From Chthoniobacteraceae bacterium (lineage in GTDB: Bacteria > Verrucomicrobiota > Verrucomicrobiia > Chthoniobacterales > Chthoniobacteraceae), in assembly GCA_031409655.1 (NCBI GenBank), contig JANNXQ010000165.1, forward strand, positions 1-11,451: a stretch of 11,451 nt of DNA. Reading direction: 5' to 3'. The notes under the pieces are model-generated. The model made no database searches and was not told the origin of the DNA. It worked only from the letters and a program-made list of their open reading frames with translations. The position numbers were made by a program, and so were the translations under genes. Within the stretch, counting starts at the first letter, position 1, and every line of letters begins with the position of its first letter. This document shows, one piece after another, positions 6,618 to 11,451 of this stretch.

Positions 6618-7892
6618 GTGGCCGGCCGCCCCACCTTATCCTCCGTGAGAGTGGCTCCTGCATTGGCCGGGTTGTTGGGCCTGCTGGCCTTCGCCGGCTG
6701 CTCTGGCTCTCCCGAATTTGTCCGGCCTCTCCCTGCCGTTGCGAATGTGCATTCGCCGGCTTTCCGCGAGGGAATGGGAGCAGTGGTCGGGGGTTCGTTT
6801 GTGAATGGCAATCGCCTCACCACCCTCAACAACGGCAACGAAATTTTCCCGGCCATGCTGGCGGCGATCGAGTCGGCCCGGGCCACGATCAATATGGAGA
6901 TGTTCGTCTTCGAGAAAGGCGTCATCCCGCAACGCTTTGCCGATGCCCTTGCGGCCAGAGCTCGCGCGGGGGTGCAGGTGCGGGTGTTGCTGGATGCAGT
7001 CGGCGCGGCCAAATCGCGCCGGTATCACGCGGATCTGCAGGCGGCGGGCGTACTCCTGGAGCTGCATCACCGCGTCTGGTGGCCCGACCCGCGGCGCTAC
7101 AATCATCGCACCCATCGCAAGCTCCTGATCGTGGATGGGCGGATGGGCTTCATCGGCGGCGTCGGCATCGCGGATCATTGGAACGGCGCGGCCGCTTCGC
7201 CCGAGGAGTGGCGGGAGATTCATTACCGCGTCGAAGGTCCAGTGGTCACCCAATTGCAGGGCGCTTTTCAGGACAACTGGGTGCAGGCCCACGGCGAGAT
7301 CGTGCAAGGCCCGGCACACTTTCCCACCCAGGCGGCTGCAGGCACGGTGGCGGCCAGCGTGTTTTACAGTTCCCCGCGCCGGCAGCGCTATGGTTCGGAA
7401 CTGATGTACCACCTGGCTCTGGCCTCCGCCCAGCGCACGATCCGCATTACCAACCCCTACTTTCTCCCTGGCCGTGAATTGACGGACGCCTTCTGTGCCG
7501 CTGCTCAGCGGGGAGTGAAAGTGCAAATCCTCCTGCCGGGAGAACATATCGATCAGAAGGCGGTGCGGCGCGGTTCGCGCAAACGGTGGCCAGCCCTGCT
7601 CGCCGCAGGCATCGAGATTAATGAATACGCGCCGACCATGATCCACACGAAGTTGCTCATCGTGGACGACTATTTCGTCTCCCTCGGCTCGACCAATCTC
7701 GATCCACGCTCGCTGCGGCTCAACGACGAGGCGAATATGAACGTGCTCGACCGCACGTTTGCCCGGCAGCAGGCGGCCATTTTCGCGAAGGATTTACAAA
7801 GATCGCAGCCAGTCTTCGGCGAGCCGGGCACTGGCCGGATATTGGAACTCCCCGCGCAAACCCTCCAGACTCCGCTCGAGTCGCAACTTTGA
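6618..7892 (+). CDS. cls: Cardiolipin synthase / phospholipase D family protein with lipoprotein-like signal
   Basis: Two HKD motifs: RTHRKLLIVDG...GG and MIHTKLLIVDD...GSTNLDPRSLRLNDEAN. Also has ITNPYFLP. N-terminus ALAGLLGLLAFAGC. Start uncertain (GTG at 6618, 6645 or 6651). Confidence 0.92.
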   Translation: MAGRPTLSSVRVAPALAGLLGLLAFAGCSGSPEFVRPLPAVANVHSPAFREGMGAVVGGSFVNGNRLTTLNNGNEIFPAMLAAIESARATINMEMFVFEKGVIPQRFADALAARARAGVQVRVLLDAVGAAKSRRYHADLQAAGVLLELHHRVWWPDPRRYNHRTHRKLLIVDGRMGFIGGVGIADHWNGAAASPEEWREIHYRVEGPVVTQLQGAFQDNWVQAHGEIVQGPAHFPTQAAAGTVAASVFYSSPRRQRYGSELMYHLALASAQRTIRITNPYFLPGRELTDAFCAAAQRGVKVQILLPGEHIDQKAVRRGSRKRWPALLAAGIEINEYAPTMIHTKLLIVDDYFVSLGSTNLDPRSLRLNDEANMNVLDRTFARQQAAIFAKDLQRSQPVFGEPGTGRILELPAQTLQTPLESQL

Positions 7893-7918
7893 ATGGATCG
7901 TCTCCTGACGCCACGCTT

Positions 7919-7956
7919 AGGGAAATGGAGCAGCGCGGCGCAACGAGCGGGTGCGT
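7919..7956 (+). promoter_or_regulatory. Putative promoter motif, copy C (variant)
   Basis: AGGGAAAT-N4-CAGCGCGGC(7931-7939)-N13-GCGT(7953-7956), 10 nt before ATG 7967. Spacer length is kept although the spacer sequence differs from copy B. Confidence 0.5.
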
Positions 7957-7966
7957 TTAGCGGGGC

Positions 7967-8341
7967 ATGAAAAGAACTCTCTCAATCCTGGCCGCCATGG
8001 CGGCCCTCCTCACTTTTTCAACCGCCCAGGAGAAAGCGAAGGAACCCGATAACAGCGGCAAAAACGAACGTGACAAGAGCGGAGCGGCGGTGACGCCGGG
8101 CGACCAATCCAATGCCCCAGCGGATTTGAAAATAACGCAGGACATCCGGCGCATGGTCATGGACGACAAGTCTCTGACCATGACGGCCAAGAATGTGAAA
8201 ATCATCACCATCGCCGGCAAGGTCACGCTGCGGGGGCCGGTGAACAGCGCGGCGGAAAAGGAAGCCATCTGCAATCACGCGAAGATGGTCGCGGGCAAGA
8301 CCGCCGTGACCGACGAACTTGAAATCAAAGCAACCAAGTAA
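7967..8341 (+). CDS. Secreted single-BON-domain protein (OsmY-like), copy 2
   Basis: 124 aa, 104/124 identical to copy 1 by hand count. Confidence 0.92.
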   Translation: MKRTLSILAAMAALLTFSTAQEKAKEPDNSGKNERDKSGAAVTPGDQSNAPADLKITQDIRRMVMDDKSLTMTAKNVKIITIAGKVTLRGPVNSAAEKEAICNHAKMVAGKTAVTDELEIKATK

Positions 8342-8383
8342 CCAAGCTTCCATAGAACACCAAACCACTAACTCATTAGTACC

Positions 8384-8911
8384 ATGTCACAGAACTCAGT
8401 CTTTTGTATCGCCACTTCCCGCCCGCAAGCGGAGCGGATCGTGGATCGTCTCCTCGCGTCCGGTTTCACTGCGCCCGATATTTCCGTCGTCTATCCCCAG
8501 GGTCCGGGCCAGGACATCGGCCATGTGAAAGCCACCAAAGCTCCTGAAGGCACCGCCACCGGAGCCGCTGCGGGCGGCGTGACCGGCGGAGTGCTCGGAT
8601 TGCTCGCCGGCATCGGCGCGCTGGCCATTCCTGGCGTCGGTCCGCTCATCGCCGCCGGCCCCATCATGGCTACGCTCAGTGGCGCCGTTGTCGGGGCTGC
8701 CGCGGGCGGGCTCGCGGGCGGGTTGATCGGCCTCGGCATTTCTGAGATCGAAGCCAAAGTTTATGAGGAGAAGCTTCTCAAGGGCAACTACCTCATCTCC
8801 GTGCATGCTGCCACTGATGAGGCCGAAGATCGCGCGGAGAATATCTTCAAAGAGGAGAAAGCTGAGGACATCTCCACCGTGGACCAGACGAAAGTCCCCA
8901 CGGCGGCGTAG
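8384..8911 (+). CDS. General-stress membrane protein with glycine-zipper hairpin, copy 2
   Basis: 175 aa, 158/175 identical to copy 1 by hand count. Confidence 0.85.
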   Translation: MSQNSVFCIATSRPQAERIVDRLLASGFTAPDISVVYPQGPGQDIGHVKATKAPEGTATGAAAGGVTGGVLGLLAGIGALAIPGVGPLIAAGPIMATLSGAVVGAAAGGLAGGLIGLGISEIEAKVYEEKLLKGNYLISVHAATDEAEDRAENIFKEEKAEDISTVDQTKVPTAA

Positions 8912-8940
8912 CCCGAATGGCAAGGTTGTCTTCATGCCAA

Positions 8941-8972
8941 TCGCACGGCCGCCTCCCGGGGCGGCCGTGCGA
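8941..8972 (+). terminator. Hairpin after cassette copy 2
   Basis: TCGCACGGCCGCC-TCCCGG-GGCGGCCGTGCGA, a perfect 13-bp stem with a weak U tract (GTTCT). Confidence 0.6.
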
Positions 8973-9047
8973 GTTCTCAGCGCAGTGACCACAGTGAGAA
9001 TGGGCTGCGCGGGGAAGCCCCAGTAAGGCCGAAATTTTTACTCACCG

Positions 9048-9086
9048 AGCTGAATAAAATACGCGCAGCCACGCGCACGGGCGCGA
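9048..9086 (+). promoter_or_regulatory. Putative promoter motif, copy D
   Basis: AGCTGAAT-N5-ACGCGCAGC(9061-9069)-N13-GCGA(9083-9086), 32 nt before ATG 9119. Confidence 0.55.
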
Positions 9087-9118
9087 TTCTCATCGAACCT
9101 TAAACTCTCCCAAAAACT

Positions 9119-9282
9119 ATGCTGAACTGGGCCATCACCTTCCTCGTCATCGCCATCATCGCCGCCGTGCTCGGTTTCGGCGGCATCGCGGGCACCGCCG
9201 TCGGCATCGCCAAGATCTCTTCGCCGTCTTCCTGTTATTGGCGGTCATCGCCTTCTCTATGGGACGCAGGCCACCCGTGTGA
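9119..9282 (+). pseudogene. DUF1328 / YtjA-like small membrane protein with a 1-nt deletion (real or error)
   Basis: [33 protein letters not shown], then after adding one base at ~9217: (L)[20 protein letters not shown]. This gives 54 aa with two TM helices. Confidence 0.85.
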
Positions 9283-9354
9283 ACGCGCATTGGTTCCTGT
9301 TGCCTCATTCGCCCTCCTTCAGCCAACCCAACAACCCAACAACCAAACCCAAAA

Positions 9355-9957
9355 ATGAAATACCTGAAAACAACCTCCCTGGCTGCGCTCGCAGCCGTAG
9401 CTGCCATGAGTTCCGCCTTCGCGGGCGAGACTTATCACAGTGAACACAAGTCGATGAAACAAACCCAGACGCCGATGGTGCAGTGCTTCGGCGATCGGGA
9501 ATGGCAATTTGATCTCTTTGCCGCCTACGCCTTCTCCAGTTCCTCGCAGGATCGCCTCTTCGGCGATCACGCGTGGGGCGGCGGCTTGGGCGTGAACTAC
9601 TTCTTCACCCGCAACCTGGGCGTGGGCCTGGAAGTCTCCGCCTTCGATCCGCAAAACGGCGGCGACATCCTCGGCCAAGCCGCGCTGAATATCTTCGTGC
9701 GCTTCCCGATCGACCACCTCTGCCTCGCGCCTTACGTCTTCCTCGGCGGCGGCGCCTTCTTCAATGCCGAGGACGTGGATGCGGCCGATCTGAAAGGCGA
9801 GAGCGATGACGGCCTTCTGGAAGCACACGCTGGCATCGGCGTCGAGTATCGCTTCAAGCCAAACTTCGGCATCTTCGTCGATGGCCGCTACACCGTCGTG
9901 GACGAGGCCGATAACAACTGCGCGACGATTCGCGCCGGTTTCCGGTTCGCGTTCTAA
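9355..9957 (+). CDS. Small outer-membrane beta-barrel protein (OmpA-TM-like, probably 8-stranded)
   Basis: Signal peptide ends SAFA|G. Amphipathic strands [31 protein letters not shown] and [22 protein letters not shown]-terminal BAM-type signal IRAGFRFAF. Confidence 0.88.
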   Translation: MKYLKTTSLAALAAVAAMSSAFAGETYHSEHKSMKQTQTPMVQCFGDREWQFDLFAAYAFSSSSQDRLFGDHAWGGGLGVNYFFTRNLGVGLEVSAFDPQNGGDILGQAALNIFVRFPIDHLCLAPYVFLGGGAFFNAEDVDAADLKGESDDGLLEAHAGIGVEYRFKPNFGIFVDGRYTVVDEADNNCATIRAGFRFAF

Positions 9958-9969
9958 CTCTTGGTTGGT

Positions 9970-10017
9970 CTCAAAAAAACGCCGGGATCGTTTCGATCCC
10001 GGCGTTTTCTTTTTGAG
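9970..10017. terminator. Bidirectional intrinsic terminator
   Basis: AAAAAAA-CGCCGGGATCG-TTT-CGATCCCGGCG-TTTTCTTTTT: GC-rich stem with an A tract before and a T tract after. Confidence 0.92.
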
Positions 10018-10330
10018 GCGGTGCGCCAGCACGGGCTAGTCCGGCCCCTGCGGTTCCACTTCGCACCGATCCGGCAAAGAAAAGAGCCATAGCGCCCCAC
10101 TTGCGGCGCTATGCCAACCACCATGTGCGGAGAGGCGACAGACCAAATATGGAATTCGCACACGCCCGCACCGGGGTGTACCGAATATCGCCGCAGGCGG
10201 TCGGCGCGTTCGCCTGAATCTGTCATCGGGAGCCGCCCACCCTTCACGAAACCCCCACCATCCGCGATCCTGGGCTTGGCGTGGCGTTGCGGAAAATGCC
10301 GCCGGTTTCCGAGGAGCCCTCGTCCCGCGC

Positions 10331-11451
<1,121 letters not shown>

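Larger units (their letters stand above)
7904..8972 (+). repeat. Copy 2 of diverged direct duplication
   Basis: Collinear with 2896-3990 at an offset of ~5.0 kb. Confidence 0.93.

Noticed and set aside
2896..8972. Direct repeats as composite-transposon ends or an assembly duplication
   Set aside because: The repeats encode stress proteins, with no transposase, terminal inverted repeats or target-site duplication. The copies are too diverged to be an assembly artefact.

Overview
GC-rich bacterial window; the gene content and the A/C-rich, SD-less leaders suggest Verrucomicrobia (inference only). Bases 1-10,020 look like a general-stress/envelope gene island. It carries two oppositely oriented cardiolipin-synthase-type PLD genes, a pyridoxamine-oxidase-like general stress protein, a Fet4-like low-affinity iron permease, a CBS-pair protein, a Thr-rich secreted protein and an outer-membrane beta-barrel. 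It also carries two diverged direct copies of a [promoter-BON-glycine-zipper protein-hairpin] cassette ~5 kb apart, a di-heme cytochrome c broken by four frameshifts, and a frameshifted DUF1328 gene. Three small ORFs are missing from the ORF track (38, 57 and 54 aa), as are the two edge genes. After a strong terminator, a beta-class amino-DNA methyltransferase runs off the right end. The best candidate for something undescribed is a shared promoter-like motif, ACGCGCAGC-N13-GCG(A/T), at four sites, three of them 10-11 nt before the ATG (leaderless geometry). A REP-like inverted doublet with compensatory changes lies at 3997-4115. Family names come from motif recognition, not database searches.
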